Both the position numbers and the translations under genes were made by a program. DNA of 64,000 nucleotides from Lophium mytilinum (lineage: Eukaryota), in assembly GCA_010093605.1 (NCBI GenBank), contig MU004186.1:972616-1036615 (forward strand). Direction: 5' to 3'. Numbering within the stretch: position 1 is the first letter of the stretch; every line of letters begins with the position of its first letter. Positions 1 to 11,871 of the stretch are shown one piece after another. Below the pieces are notes generated by a model. The model did no database searches and had not been told where the DNA came from. It saw only the letters and a program-made list of their open reading frames with translations.

Positions 1-1109
1 GCCCTGAGCTTCCTTACGGTCCGCTCTCAGTGTCTTAAGGTACAATTCCTCTTTCTTCATCCTTGCTTTTTCATCAGCGTCCGAATCAACATTCTGTTTC
101 TGAACCTTTAGCGACTCCACCAACTGCAGAGCAAGGAGGAACTTGTCCTCGTCCGTTAAGTTCAATCGATTGAGTTCCTCAAGTGCTGCCTTTGTCTTCT
201 GAGCAGCGGCAAGTACTGCTTTATTTTTAAGATCCTTCTTCTCGAGGTCTTTGTTGGCTAGCGCCGTTATGGTTTGGTTGGCAACTCGCGTTTCATATCG
301 AGACCTCGCGTCCTGAACACCTGCCGTATCCATGAACTCATGCAAGAAGTGGCCCATGACAGACTTGAGGGCATTGACCCCCAGCATAGCGAGCTTCCCG
401 CCAAGCTCTGCGCCCGTCTCATACTGGTCTCCGAAGTACCCAGCCCACTCCGGGAGATCCTCTGAAGCAGCCATAGCGAACTCGACGGTGGAAAGCCCAG
501 TGAATCTATGCTACCAAATATTAGTACAATACACTTTGCATAGTCATCCGCCGGACTCACCTGAAATATCTTTGGCGCTTTCAGCTTTGGTGATATCGGC
601 GGGTGATAGACGATCCATCTGCGAAGCAGTTTCCCAGAGCCATTTTGCCCATAGTGGAAGCACTCATTCAGCCTCAAAGTGATCCACCCCTCTTCCTTTC
701 CAGCAAGGTCCAGAATATGATAGTCTTGCATCGGACCGCCTTGGTAGCCCTTCTCTGCGAACTCGGCGGCAATGAAGATATTCGTTTCGCCTGTAATTTG
801 CCTGCCTCAGCTCCAAAACCCGCACAAATTGTACGAAAACATACCCAAAACCGTAAGCCTTTTGTCCTTTTTAGCGACCACTGGCTTACTCCCGTTCTCC
901 TTTCGGTTCTTGCTTGCCTCTTCCACATCTTTCTTGGTCATCAAGGCAGGAATTTCTATCCCTTTGTCTAAGTAGCCCCAATACGCTTTTGCAAGATAGT
1001 AAACCGCACTGCGGTTGGAGCGCTCTTCCTTCCAAGAAACAGTCGCTTTATCGTCAGGTTCGGTAGGGAATGTGATCCATTGACCCGTTGTCGGCACGTT
1101 CAATGCCAT
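1..1109 (-). CDS. Hypothetical protein with C-terminal coiled-coil; runs off the left edge of the window
   Basis: ATG 1109. Introns 791-844 (GTATGT..CTGAG..ACAG) and 511-560 (GTGAGT..CTAAT..TAG) join ORFs 807-1109 and 267-731 to an open frame through position 1 (...KDLEKKDLKNKAVLAAAQKTKAALEELNRL...). No family recognised. Confidence 0.7.
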
Positions 1110-1760
1110 TGCGATGTTTGCTCAGTCGACAATCTGCACGACCTTCGTGCCGGGCAGAGCTCACGGAAGAATGCTTCAAGCAGTGCTAAGAGCCGATTTT
1201 GGATAGAGACACACGTGATAAGAGACTACACTCCATACTCAGTTTGAACCCCCACATCTTATCTCTAATCGAGGCACAAATCTATCGCACAAGAGCTTTA
1301 GCGACCTGATGTGGCTCTGGTGTGAAGGCGCTAGGGGTTCAGCTGAAGGCGGGGTACGAAAGTAACTTCGTAGCTAGATTCTCATACCAGATTCTAGACC
1401 AGCAAACTATGAATCCCATGGTTCCCCAGACCGCAAAGAGTAAAGCACTAATGCAGAGTTTGACGGGAAGCATGGGCCACAGTAGAGCCACGCGCTGAGC
1501 CTACCGCTGGCCACCACCACTTACTGCTGAACGTTTCTGCTATGCTAAACGGTGCCCACACTTACTAAGGTATAACGCACCATACTAGCCGCATGGTAGG
1601 CATGCAGATCCAAGATGTCGCATGGCTGAATCTAGAGCCACCTATACCGATCACAGGGAGCTGGTCCTAGGGCAGACATTTTGGGTCTAATATAGCCTCT
1701 TCACTAACTGAATCGTGTCAAGATCTTCCGAATAGCGCACTCCATCTGCAGTTCATACCT

Positions 1761-2827
1761 CTAGTAAGACCGATTCGGCATAGACGCATACTCCACATAC
1801 TCAGGCAACCTCGCAAACGGACTCAGAATCAGCTGCGCCACCAATCCAGACTCGCATACCCCAGTGCCAGCTGAAAGCTGGATCTTCTGGCCGTCCTTCA
1901 GCTTTAGCTCCAGTAGCTTCTTCCTTACGTCCCTCTCAAGCGACCGGACCTTGTCAAAATAGGTATTGATAGCTTGCCTGAGTTGGGAATCCTGGCCTTC
2001 TCTAGACGTCTCGTATCTGCGGGATAAGCTCTTGTCTTCGAGCGTGGAATAGCCGCAGAAGTCTAGCTTCGCATGTACATCTGATGATGAACTGGACGAT
2101 GCCCAGGTCTTAGATGCTTCGAAAAATACGACTTTGACTTTGACCGTGATCTCGGTAGCCTCGGATTGCGTGTGCGATTTGGTGTCTGCTGCGAGGAGTG
2201 CACCAGCGTCTGCGCCGAGGACGTAGCCAGAGATGTAGAAGTCTCCGAATTCGTTGCGGAACTGCTGCACCCCGCTTGGACGTGGGCGGCCGGTTCTGGG
2301 ATCCTTGGGGCTGCCTGGGTCGGAGAGCATATCGATGGCGGTCTGGGAGAGGCTAGGAGCTCCCTCCAGTATGATTCGACCAGATCTGCAGGATGCATTC
2401 CTGGAAGCTAGAATGCCCTGCATAAGATTGTTCAGCTAGGCTTTGGGATGCTAGGAGGAATCAGAATCCTGACATTTTGCATGTCCATGACCGTTTTGGT
2501 GTACTTTCCTGATGCCTCCGCTTGCAGGAAGTCTGGACCAACGCTGAGCTGTCCCGCAACGCTCAGGTGATCTGTGCTCGTTTCGGCGTGAGTGCTGAAG
2601 GCGTCTTTGAAGGAGCAAGTGCCGCCGTTTAGTTCGTAGAGGAGTGCTCTCAGATGGATTTTGGTCATGTCGAAAGGGCTGTTGAGCACCCAGGGGCTTT
2701 CTTTGGATAGAATCCGGTTTGATTCGAACCCGGCTGTAACAGTCATGGCTTGGTGTGTCCATGGCATCAAAAAAGTGTGTCCTGCTTCTGCTATTGCAGT
2801 GAGTGACGGCTGGGTTGGGTCGCTCAT
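1761..2827 (-). CDS. Putative MACPF/CDC-like pore-forming-fold protein (~335 aa, no obvious signal peptide)
   Basis: Two exons joined in frame by probable intron 2418-2473. FRNEFGDFYISGYVLGADAG resembles the MACPF signature (Y/W)G(T/S)H(F/Y)x6GG. S/T-rich alternating strand-like segments are present (LSVAGQLSVG, TEITVKVKVVFFEAS). Confidence 0.55.
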
Positions 2828-3029
2828 CGTTGGGCAATCACCCCAGATCTTCTCGATTTGAGCGTACGGATGGTAAGTTGGGAACAAAGCATACTACAGG
2901 CTGCAACTGAGGCCATTTCATTATCAGGTGCTAAGGCGTATAGACATCCAGCTGCTGCATGCCGCCAAAGCTACCGAGACGTCGGTTTAGCGTGCCCAGC
3001 CGATCTTGCATTAGTCCTGCTTCCAGCTG

Positions 3030-3531
3030 CAGGGCTACCGTCCATTCAATTCAATCAACCGGGGGGGTCGCCGTTGATTGAATTGACGCCTTAGTCAGCA
3101 GAGCTCTATATTGATTGATTGATTGACGTCAACGGTTGAAGTGATTGATCGATTGACATGTCAAAAGTGGAGATTCTTGGCAAGGTGTATACGCTGTGTA
3201 AAGCTAATAGCCTACTCTTTTCTAAGTCTTTCTTATACCTCCTATCTAGAAAATACTCTTTAGTAGTATGCGGCGGCATAGTAGTAGTAGAATAGTAGTA
3301 GTAATAGAAAAGTTGCTAAAATCTGGCTAAAATATTGCAAATTACCAACATCCGACGGCTAAATTGTAACATTTTAGGACAGCTTCAACGGAACGTCAAC
3401 GAGTCAATCAATTGGCCTCCCGATATTGATTGATTGACCTTTCTCTGACTGGCCCGTTGAATTGAAATGATTGATGAAAACGTCAATCAACTCAATCAAC
3501 GGGGTGATTCGGTGATTGAACGGTAGCCCTG
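3030..3531. mobile_element. Non-autonomous hAT-superfamily DNA transposon (MITE), 502 bp
   Basis: TIR CAGGGCTACCGT at 3030-3041 and ACGGTAGCCCTG at 3520-3531. Identical 8-bp flanks TCCAGCTG at 3022-3029 and 3532-3539 (TSD). Many subterminal ATTGA/TCAAT repeats, TpA-rich interior, no transposase ORF. Confidence 0.9.
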
Positions 3532-4518
3532 TCCAGCTGGGGCCAGACTGGGTACTCCGCAATGTATGGCTTCTCGAATCAGGTATGCTACGTGTCTTCC
3601 TTTCTTCCAGAATCCTCCATCCGATACACATCCAGGTTTGCTGCATAGCTTCGTACCTCTGAACAGACATCTTTGGTGGATGTGTGAAGCTTTCGAGAGT
3701 CGGCACATTGCGTTAATCCCTGACGACTACGCTGGGACCATATAAAAGTATGTTTTCTGGTGACAAGATGCTCATGTCGATAATAGGGCCTAAAGGAGTA
3801 TAGCCCGGGCATTGGTCCTTGATTAAACATTAGAATGCAGGACGTAGGGTGCCTGCTGGTCGTGGTATTCCGGAAAAGGAAAAAAAAATAGGAAGAATGA
3901 GACGAACACGATCACCAAACGGTGACTCAAGTTCATCTACATTGAGATTGAAGGCCCAGGGGTGCCTCTCAAATCTTGTTGAGATGATGGTGGGAACTGA
4001 AAACGAAACGCACGTGTTAGATCTGGTGCGAAGAGCATTTCGCTCTAGTCAGCTGGCAATGTAGGAGTCGCTCAATGGACGCTTTCCCATACTCTCCCAC
4101 GTACCTCTTGTTCGTACTATAAAAGCTCTGTAGCTGGCCGAGTCTTGTCGTGAGCTCGAGCTCCTTGTCGCTCTTCGCTCTCAAATAAATATCTTTTGCC
4201 TACAGCTTGTCATCGAGCTTTGCTTTCACGTGCTTGGATAGGTCGCCTAGACTTAGTAACAACTAGGACTCCAAGAGGTTATAAAGCTAAAGCAGCTGAG
4301 CAAACTTGCATCCTTCGCTTACATCTAGACTCTACGCTTTATTACAGCTCTGCAGAACATCCACAGACTCAGGCAAGCTCTCATGTCATGACTGATTACA
4401 TTGATAGATACGGAAGGGCAGCGCTCCCGCCATCCCTCCCGCCCCCCCTTCCCCACGCTTGCTGGGCTGATAAAAGTACCAGGTGATGGACTCGGTAACG
4501 CTGGTAGCAACACCAGGG

Positions 4519-4868
4519 CGAGTACTTCGATAAGAACACCGAAGGGGCTGATCAGAATACCAGCCGAGGTCATAGGACTCCGATATGGACACCGAAGGAG
4601 AGCTGATGAATGTACCAGTTGATTGACTCGGCAAAGCTGATACGACACCAGCGCGTGGACTTCGGTATAGTCACCGAAGATGTAGATACAAATACTAGCT
4701 GGGGCCTTGACCTCGTGAGGACTTCGATAGGAACACCGAAAGCTGATAGCACATCAGGGCGAGGACTACAATATGGTCACCGGAGGCGCTAAAGTATAAG
4801 CTGAGGCCATGAGCCTGTGATGAATTCGATAGGAACACCGAATGGGCTGATCAGAATACCAGCTGATG
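4519..4868. repeat. Degenerate tandem repeat array, ~6 units with core GACTTCGATA(G/T)GRWCACCGAA
   Basis: Units begin near 4519, 4574, 4656, 4718, 4762 and 4821. Units 1 and 6 share TTCGATA(A/G)GAACACCGAA(G/T)GGGCTGATCAGAATACCAGC. Confidence 0.6.
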
Positions 4869-5078
4869 CGAGTCTGACTGAAGATTTCTATTTGTGAACT
4901 TGCAGCATTCGCAGTGCGCTAATGTTGGTTTTGTGACTGCAAGGATCTGAGGAGGAGGAGGCTGTTTTGTGGCTGCTGGGTGTCATAGCGAGGGTCACTC
5001 CTCCGACTTATTAGTATTCTCAGTCTGTACGAATGCGCCAGTGCCATCGCGGCCTACGGCAAAGCAGCAGTGCCTTAC

Positions 5079-5857
5079 CTAGCCCTCTGGCGGAATCGCG
5101 TCGATGTACAGCTTCTTCCTGTCTTCGTTGAGGTTCTGGATGGAAATCCGCTCTAGCTTCCCTATCTCGCCTGGAAATAACGCTTCGATGGCGTCAATGA
5201 GGCCTTCCGGTGGCGATAGGACGACTGTGTGCTGTAAAGATGTTCCTACGGTATATTTCATGTAGTCGTCGAATTCAGCGTTGAACAACCTAGCCTTGTA
5301 CGAATCTAAGGATGACCGGACAAAAGTCCGCCACTTCTCGTTCTCGGCGGCTTGATCTAATGTAAATCGTTAGTACAGTAGCTTCATTCCGGGCTATATC
5401 ACTTGCCTGACTGAGGCTGCTGCTGGGTGAGACCTGGATGAGACTGCTGCGGCATGACGCCTGGCTGGGACTGTTGCGGATTGAAACTGGGAGGCGGCTG
5501 CTGCGGAGTGAACGCCTGCGGAGGCACGAAGGCCTGTGGCATGTATGTTGCATTCTGAAGTGGTTGTGCACCAACCCATTGCCAATGGCCCTGCTGTTGC
5601 TGGGGAAAAGACTGCTGCTGAGGAGGCCCCTGGTAGGATGCTTGTTGCATTGGCTGAGGAGTGTACTGTAGGTAAACCATCATTGGTCCTGCTGTAAATA
5701 TGTTAGCACGTGTCGTTCTTTTATCGCGTTGGGAAGACCTGCCCATTGGCTGCTGCTGCTGCAGTTGGGAATACTGCTGGGGGTACTGCTGGGAGTGCTG
5801 TTGCTGTTGCGCGTACTGGGGCGGCCAAAAGCCTGGTGGCGTTCCGTTGGGATTCAT
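5079..5857 (-). CDS. Hypothetical protein with Q/P-rich low-complexity N-terminus and ~90-aa globular C-terminus
   Basis: ORF 5399-5857 (poly-Q, PQQ repeats) joins ORF 5079-5288 in frame through GC-AG intron 5357-5406 (AG|GCAAGT..CTAAC..TAG). A second in-frame GC-AG intron is possible at 5692-5742. Confidence 0.7.
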
Positions 5858-6281
5858 CTGAGACAGCAGTCAGTTACGGGATGTAGTCTGCATGCGTGTT
5901 GGATGGCAGCGTACCAGTACTCTGATGTATACGGATGAAGATCTGATAGTTGTGGTGTGGGTGGATGGTGAGAGGAAGAGGGACGGTGAGCTGGTCAGCG
6001 TTGACTGCTTCGAATTTTTTCGCTGCAACCCACGTGCTCTAGCCATGTCTACCAGCGCGATAGCCGTTCACCTCATTTCACTCACACTCACCTCACTCAC
6101 TGCCATGGACTCAGCTGCTGCTACGGAGCCACCTCCTCGTCGGGATCATGTCTTGGACCTGCTCCCCCTTTTTCGCCGCGCTCACCCTTTTCCCTCTCTC
6201 GCTCTGCCCGGGCAGTTGCATATGGGGACGACATTGAAGAAAGGAAGGCAAAAAAATTCTTCTCGTTATTCACCTACTCTA

Positions 6282-7970
6282 CTACTTCGCCCCATAAGCT
6301 TTGACCTCTCTAATCGGCGTCATCTTGCACTTCAAGGGATGCTTCTGCCAAAGCGTATACACCTCCTGATCCGTCCAATCCTCGCACTCCGGCAGCATCT
6401 CGAGATCAAAATTCCAAAGAACCTTCGACAGGATGATGCGCATTTCGTGATAAGCTAAGCTAGATCGCCCCACCGTTAGCGGAAGCTCAACGCGTACAGA
6501 ACGGTGCACTTACTTCTTGCCGAGACAATTCCTCGGCCCGTATGAGAATGGCTGCAAAGCGAACTTGTCATCGGTTTCGAAGCGCTGGTCTCCAAGCCAG
6601 CGCTCAGGGATGAACGAGTTCGCGTCACGGAAGACCTTCTCGCAAGAGTACATGGCGAATTGAGACACGGAGACGACAGTCTTCTATCAGTCAGTCGCGA
6701 GCGAGAACTGGGTAGGCATGAAGCTTACACCTCCGGGGATCCAATCTCCACATATTGCTGCGCCCTGCGGTGGAACGAGTTGAGGTAGACCGACCGGAAC
6801 AGGTGGATACATACGCAACCCTTCCTCCATACAAGCTTGCAAATATGGTAGACGTTGAAGCCCTTCGATTGTGATTTCGGCGTCTGTCTTGAACGCGCTT
6901 CGAATTTCTTCGTTCAGCTTCTTGAGCACAGAAGGATGCTTCAGCAAGTAGTAGGTCAGGCCGCTGAGCAACGACGCAGTAGTCTCGGTCCCCGCAATCA
7001 TGAACACAGTCGCGTTGGCATACATCTCCCCTCGGGAGAGTCCTCGCCCTTCTTTCGCATTCAGGACTAGATTCCATATGTCAGGCTCGTTGGAACCTCG
7101 GTCAAGACGACGATCGACGCGGCTGGCGGAGTACTCGAAGTGCTTGACGCGCTTTGATTGGAAGGTATTGCCAGTAAGCCACTTCGCAAAGGCGTAGAGC
7201 CTCGGCCAGTAGCGGATGATCCCTATCTTTGAGCCAGTTCGTATGGATTGGAAGATATTCTTAACCCAGGGGACGTAGTCCGAGTTCGTGAGCAAGGAGA
7301 GTGGCTCGCCAAACGCCAGCTCGCTCATGATATCAAAGGTAGTAAAGTTGTACATGCGTACGAGATCACTAACTTGGTCCGGCGCCTCTCCCAGCTTCGA
7401 CACGAGCAGATCAGTATATCTTGCGAAGAGTGACTCCTGCAGCTTCAGCGCGCGGTCAGAGAACGCGTTAGAAAAGATGCGACGGGTCCGGGCGTGGTCA
7501 ACGTCGTTCGCAGAGATGATGGAGTGCACGTTGTTGATTGCTGGCACGAACCAGTCGGGATGCTTGATGATGTTTGGCTTGCCAGGCTTTTGGTGACCGT
7601 GGACGTCTTTCCACGCCTGCGAGCTGTTGAAGCTGAGTTCGTGTGGGGAGACGCGGACAACGTGGCCGTATTTCTCGTGAAGCTCGCAGACCATGGCGAC
7701 TTGCCTACCACGGTATATGTTCACCACATTTGGGATCTGAGTGATAGCGTGTAGCTTGGGGCCGGGGAAGTCCTTGAGGGGATGGAAGTAGAGGCGGTAG
7801 ACGGCAACTCCAAAGAAGCGAATAAGGATCTAAACGTTTAAGTTAGAATGATCAATCGAGGTTGGAAGAGAGTGAATCACGAATACTACGATACCAAGAA
7901 CTGCCCTACCAACTGTTAGGTTTCGTAGAAGATGCGAGGGAACGAAGAGAAGAGCGGATACGGTAGACAT
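6282..7970 (-). CDS. Cytochrome P450 monooxygenase (CYP65/Tri11-like group)
   Basis: Multi-exon. PLKDFPGP proline hinge, I-helix AGTETT, EGLR (ExxR), PERW, and heme motif PFSYGPRNCLG at ~6520-6552. Confidence 0.95.
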
Positions 7971-8830
7971 TGCGGGACTGGATCTATGAATCGCGATTGA
8001 TTGAGAGAACTGACACGAACACGGGAGGATGCCTTATCAAATACAAACATTGCAACGAGGAAGATATCAAGCAAGGCTTGCTTCGGGACTCTGTAGTGGC
8101 TCAGCCCCAATTCTTCGCTTTTAGGTCTGGAGATCCTGATCGCTAGAGAAAGAGGCGGTGACCGTCGACGCATTTGATCCACTATGGTGTATCTTACTTT
8201 AGAAGTGCCATAATTAGTACCTGTTCCTCCTTTCATTGGGTGCAGTCACTTACCTCAAGAGCTTCCGACGCTGCACCGAGTGTTGAGCCTCCATCACTGT
8301 GCACACCCCTCATGCTAGTGCGCATAAGAGATATACTCTGACACAGGTGTACAACAACACTGCGCGCTAGCTGCGGCGAGGAGGGTCAGACATGTAACTC
8401 TACGTGAGGCTGGATCGAGTTGTCAGATGTTAGCGCTATGCGTTAGATCGGAGCGGGGATAGATTCGATGAGGAAAGCATATCGATGCGGCCCTCAGTCA
8501 CAAGAGTGAGACTTTAGTGATGTACAGCTCACAACTCTAGCCGAAACATGAAATAGATTAAGCATTTTCTGAGTGCTTGATTCGAAGCTAAGAAGATCGT
8601 CGTCTCGAAGTAGCAATCGCTCATAGCAAAGTACCGACCCTAGCACCACGACCGGCGCTTTCTACCTACCTAAGGCCACACGTTTTGAAAGTTCAGTAGA
8701 CTACTTCGTATTTTTAGATCTTGTACCCAGGAAAGGTGATGTTCTCTCTTTTTCAGTCGGTAAAGGTCGGTAAGGGTAGAGCTACGATTTCTTCCTCGGA
8801 TTCTTGCGAAATACCCTCTCAACTCCCAAG

Positions 8831-9672
8831 CTACTTGAACTCAACGTAACCTTTGCCGTCGATGAACGTGTAGTCCCATGGTCCTTGCTCCGGATTCTCT
8901 GCAAGTTCGACATACATCTTTCCAGCGGCCGGGCCATTCACTGGAATTGTAGGGCCCCCATCAGGTTGTCTCTCATCAGCATAGTAGAATCTGGCCAGCG
9001 TTAGCACGATACTAATCTCTAGTATCAACTTGGGTGGTATGCACTCACTTAAAGCCCTTCCGCTTGTACCCAACACTGGCGGAACGGATCATGTGAGCGG
9101 CCGCAGACTTGGTCATTCCAAAAGTCAAAACATTTGGCAAGACAATTACGTTCAAGGCGTTTCCTGTCTGAATGAAAGTCCGCGATGCCGAGCTAGGTAG
9201 TTGCTTGAAGCCTTTGACGGCTTCTTGTGCGGCAAACAAGGGGCTAATCGAGTTGACTGCAAACTCGCTCTTTATGTCTTCGAGGGAGATTGAGGCGAGG
9301 GGGTCTTGCAAATCTCGCGGATTTCGCAGCGCGGCTGTTGTAGATGTCAGGACATGTGCTCTTCAAAAAGACGCGTTGTAAGAGACAGAGTAGCCTGGAG
9401 AGACGCGATGGGGATGAGAACGCGAAAGACGCACCATTATACACGACGACGTGCGGTATGCCTAATGATTCCGTCACTTTCGCGAACACCTTTTCGATCT
9501 CGGTTGTTTGTTCTAGATCGACCTGTACACGAAGGAATCCGTCTTCATCCACGCCATCTTGCAGACTTCTTGCTGCAATGGCGACCTTATATCCTTTCGC
9601 GGCGAATGCTTTGGCGACGGAGAGTCCAATCTTGGGACCAGCGCCAAGAACGAGAAGTACAGGAGTAGACAT
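8831..9672 (-). CDS. Short-chain dehydrogenase/reductase
   Basis: N-terminal Rossmann LGAGPKIG and VVVYN; FGMTKSAA occupies the YxxxK position (F for Y). ORFs 9244-9672, 9045-9311 and 8831-9076 are joined by introns. Confidence 0.9.
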
Positions 9673-10659
9673 GGCGAGAACAGTTACTGATTTAGTTCGA
9701 AGCTAAGGCAAAAGTTAAGAAACCGATGGCGAGAATGGTGAAAATGAAATAGCCGTGCGCGTGGCTTGCCTTTCTATCTCGGCCACCTCCCCCGTTGGAG
9801 CTATTCGGGCGTTCGAAGAGTCCGACGAGCGAGCGTGATACTGGCTGCTTAGAAATGCAGGGTCGCGACATCGTCAGATCTGGGAAGGAAATGCAACTTT
9901 ATTGGTCGACGCTGGAGACAACGACTAAGCTTTCGATCCTTAACTGCGAATGCCAGAACACTCGCAACGATACCCAGTCAAGTGCCAAGATATACGGAAC
10001 TTCCAGCTAGGTATAAGCTATACCCCTGCTATGGCTGCTGCGTCTAAGTGGCGGATAGCCCATGGGACCTGCATCGTTCAGTAATCATTTCTCAAGCTAA
10101 CGCCCTTCTACACCTTATGCAGAAGTAGGTCTACTCACTCGGCATTAGACCTAGAAATCGTCGCTTTTTCTACCGGGTCTTTCGGCCACGGAGAAACTCA
10201 CATCTATGTCCAACCTCGAACAGATATTGCAACTCGATGCCTCCTACCATAATCATGGACAAGGCCATCGCCGCAGGACAGATTGACCTGTCCAGACTGT
10301 TTGCTGGATTGGTAGTCTACACGGTGCGTCTACAGCCAGTCTCAGGGGCCATGAAAGAAATTTGGTGCGCATCTAATTTAGGAGGGTCGCCGCCAAAGTA
10401 AAGCTGACGGCTGGGAGGAGGCATCGAACCAAGGGCGATAAGAGAGAATTTGACCCTAGGCGATGCTAGATTACCCAAATGGAGTCCAGTAGGAAGCGAG
10501 ATGTAAAAAGCGAAAGTGTGATGAGAGAGCTGTGGACGCGATTCTTGCGAGCGTAGTGGCATCCTAAAGCGTGGGGTATTCTAAATTGCAGGGCATCTCG
10601 AACCTGCCCCTCTCTCACTTGGCAGCCAGCTCTTTCGTCGCTCCCCTCAAAACACTTAC

Positions 10660-10963
10660 CTATTCACGCGCACTCGGCCCTTCAATTCTTCCGCCTGCTT
10701 GACACCTCGCAGAATTGACACGTCGCCGCATTCCGCGCCACACGTGACCTCCCCCTTTTCACTTCCCTCCTCACCAATTCCATCCATTCACGCACGTCCG
10801 GCCCTTCAATCATCCGGCTGCTCGACACCTCGCAGAATCTACATATCACCGGAATCTGCGCACCACGTGATTCCCCAATGTTCCTCTCCATTCACCATCC
10901 ACCTTCTTGGGACTCTCCTCAAGCCGTCCATTCACGCATCCTCGGCCTTTCAGTTCCCCCGCC
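10660..10963. repeat. Imperfect tandem repeat, ~2.3 copies of a ~125-145 bp unit
   Basis: (C/T)ATTCACGC..CGGCCCTTCAAT..GACACCTCGCAGAAT..CACGTGA recurs at ~10660 and ~10784, with a partial third copy at ~10928. Confidence 0.7.
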
Positions 10964-11871
10964 ATACCTCCCTCTCCATGTCCCTCCGACTCTCTCTTGC
11001 ACTTTGAGACGAGTGCCCCTCACGGTTCCAAAAAAGATAATGCCGAAGCTGCCTAACGACCCTCTAAGCTTTTAATCTCGTCCTAGGGATTCACTGCTGG
11101 CAAATTGCTGAAATGACTTGGTCCCCAAATCGACGATTCGCCTCTTGGACCTCGACATTTGTATAGTGAAAGGTTTTCTTCAGCATGATCATGAAAGCGG
11201 GGTGGTAGATGGAGGGAAATGGCAATCGCCTCGTTATTCCGCGGATGTAAAGGCAGGAATGCTCTCCCAGCCTCATACATCTTTCCTTCAGTTGAATGAA
11301 GGAATCCATTTGCGCGCCTTGTCCTGCGATCTTCACCACCTTTACTACCAAGGTCTCGGCTAACTCAAAGCCGCCTTGTTGTCAGCAAGATGCGCTAGTC
11401 CGGGGCGCTGGATATGTCCTCTTCCGGTTAGCGCTATTCGGTTCCTCGCGCAGCATGGTTCAAATTTGAGCGGCGATGCGCGGTGTATTGGTACCTGATT
11501 TCTATGCCAGCTTTCTAACCTTCTTGGAGCCTCTCAGCCCCATCGGACATGATGATCTTCACGTCAGACTTGCACCCGGGCGCCAGATGCCTCCCAATTT
11601 GTCCGTATTGCGCAGTTGTCTATACGCGTATAAGCCGCCAAGCCTCAAAGTCGTCCACCCCACTCAAATCTTGACGGAGACCGTACCTGTATTCAGATCG
11701 AGTAGGTTATTTCTGCGTGGCAGGGCTGCGGGCTGACATGACCTCCGACGTCATTGTAGTTTAGATAGTCAAGGTCTGAAGGCTTCATTTCCAAGCTGAG
11801 AGATATAAGTATGGCCTTAGCCCTCACATCCCGAGCATCATACCTCCTCACAGTTGAAACACACACTCAAA

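Noticed and set aside
807..809. Apparent in-frame TGA suggesting readthrough or a pseudogene
   Set aside because: It lies inside a canonical 54-nt intron (791-844).
4519..4868. CRISPR-like repeat-spacer appearance
   Set aside because: Eukaryotic context, degenerate repeats, irregular and partly related spacers, and no cas genes.
11083..11400. Possible protein-kinase fragment
   Set aside because: No convincing HRD/DFG or Gly-loop motif; too degenerate to call.
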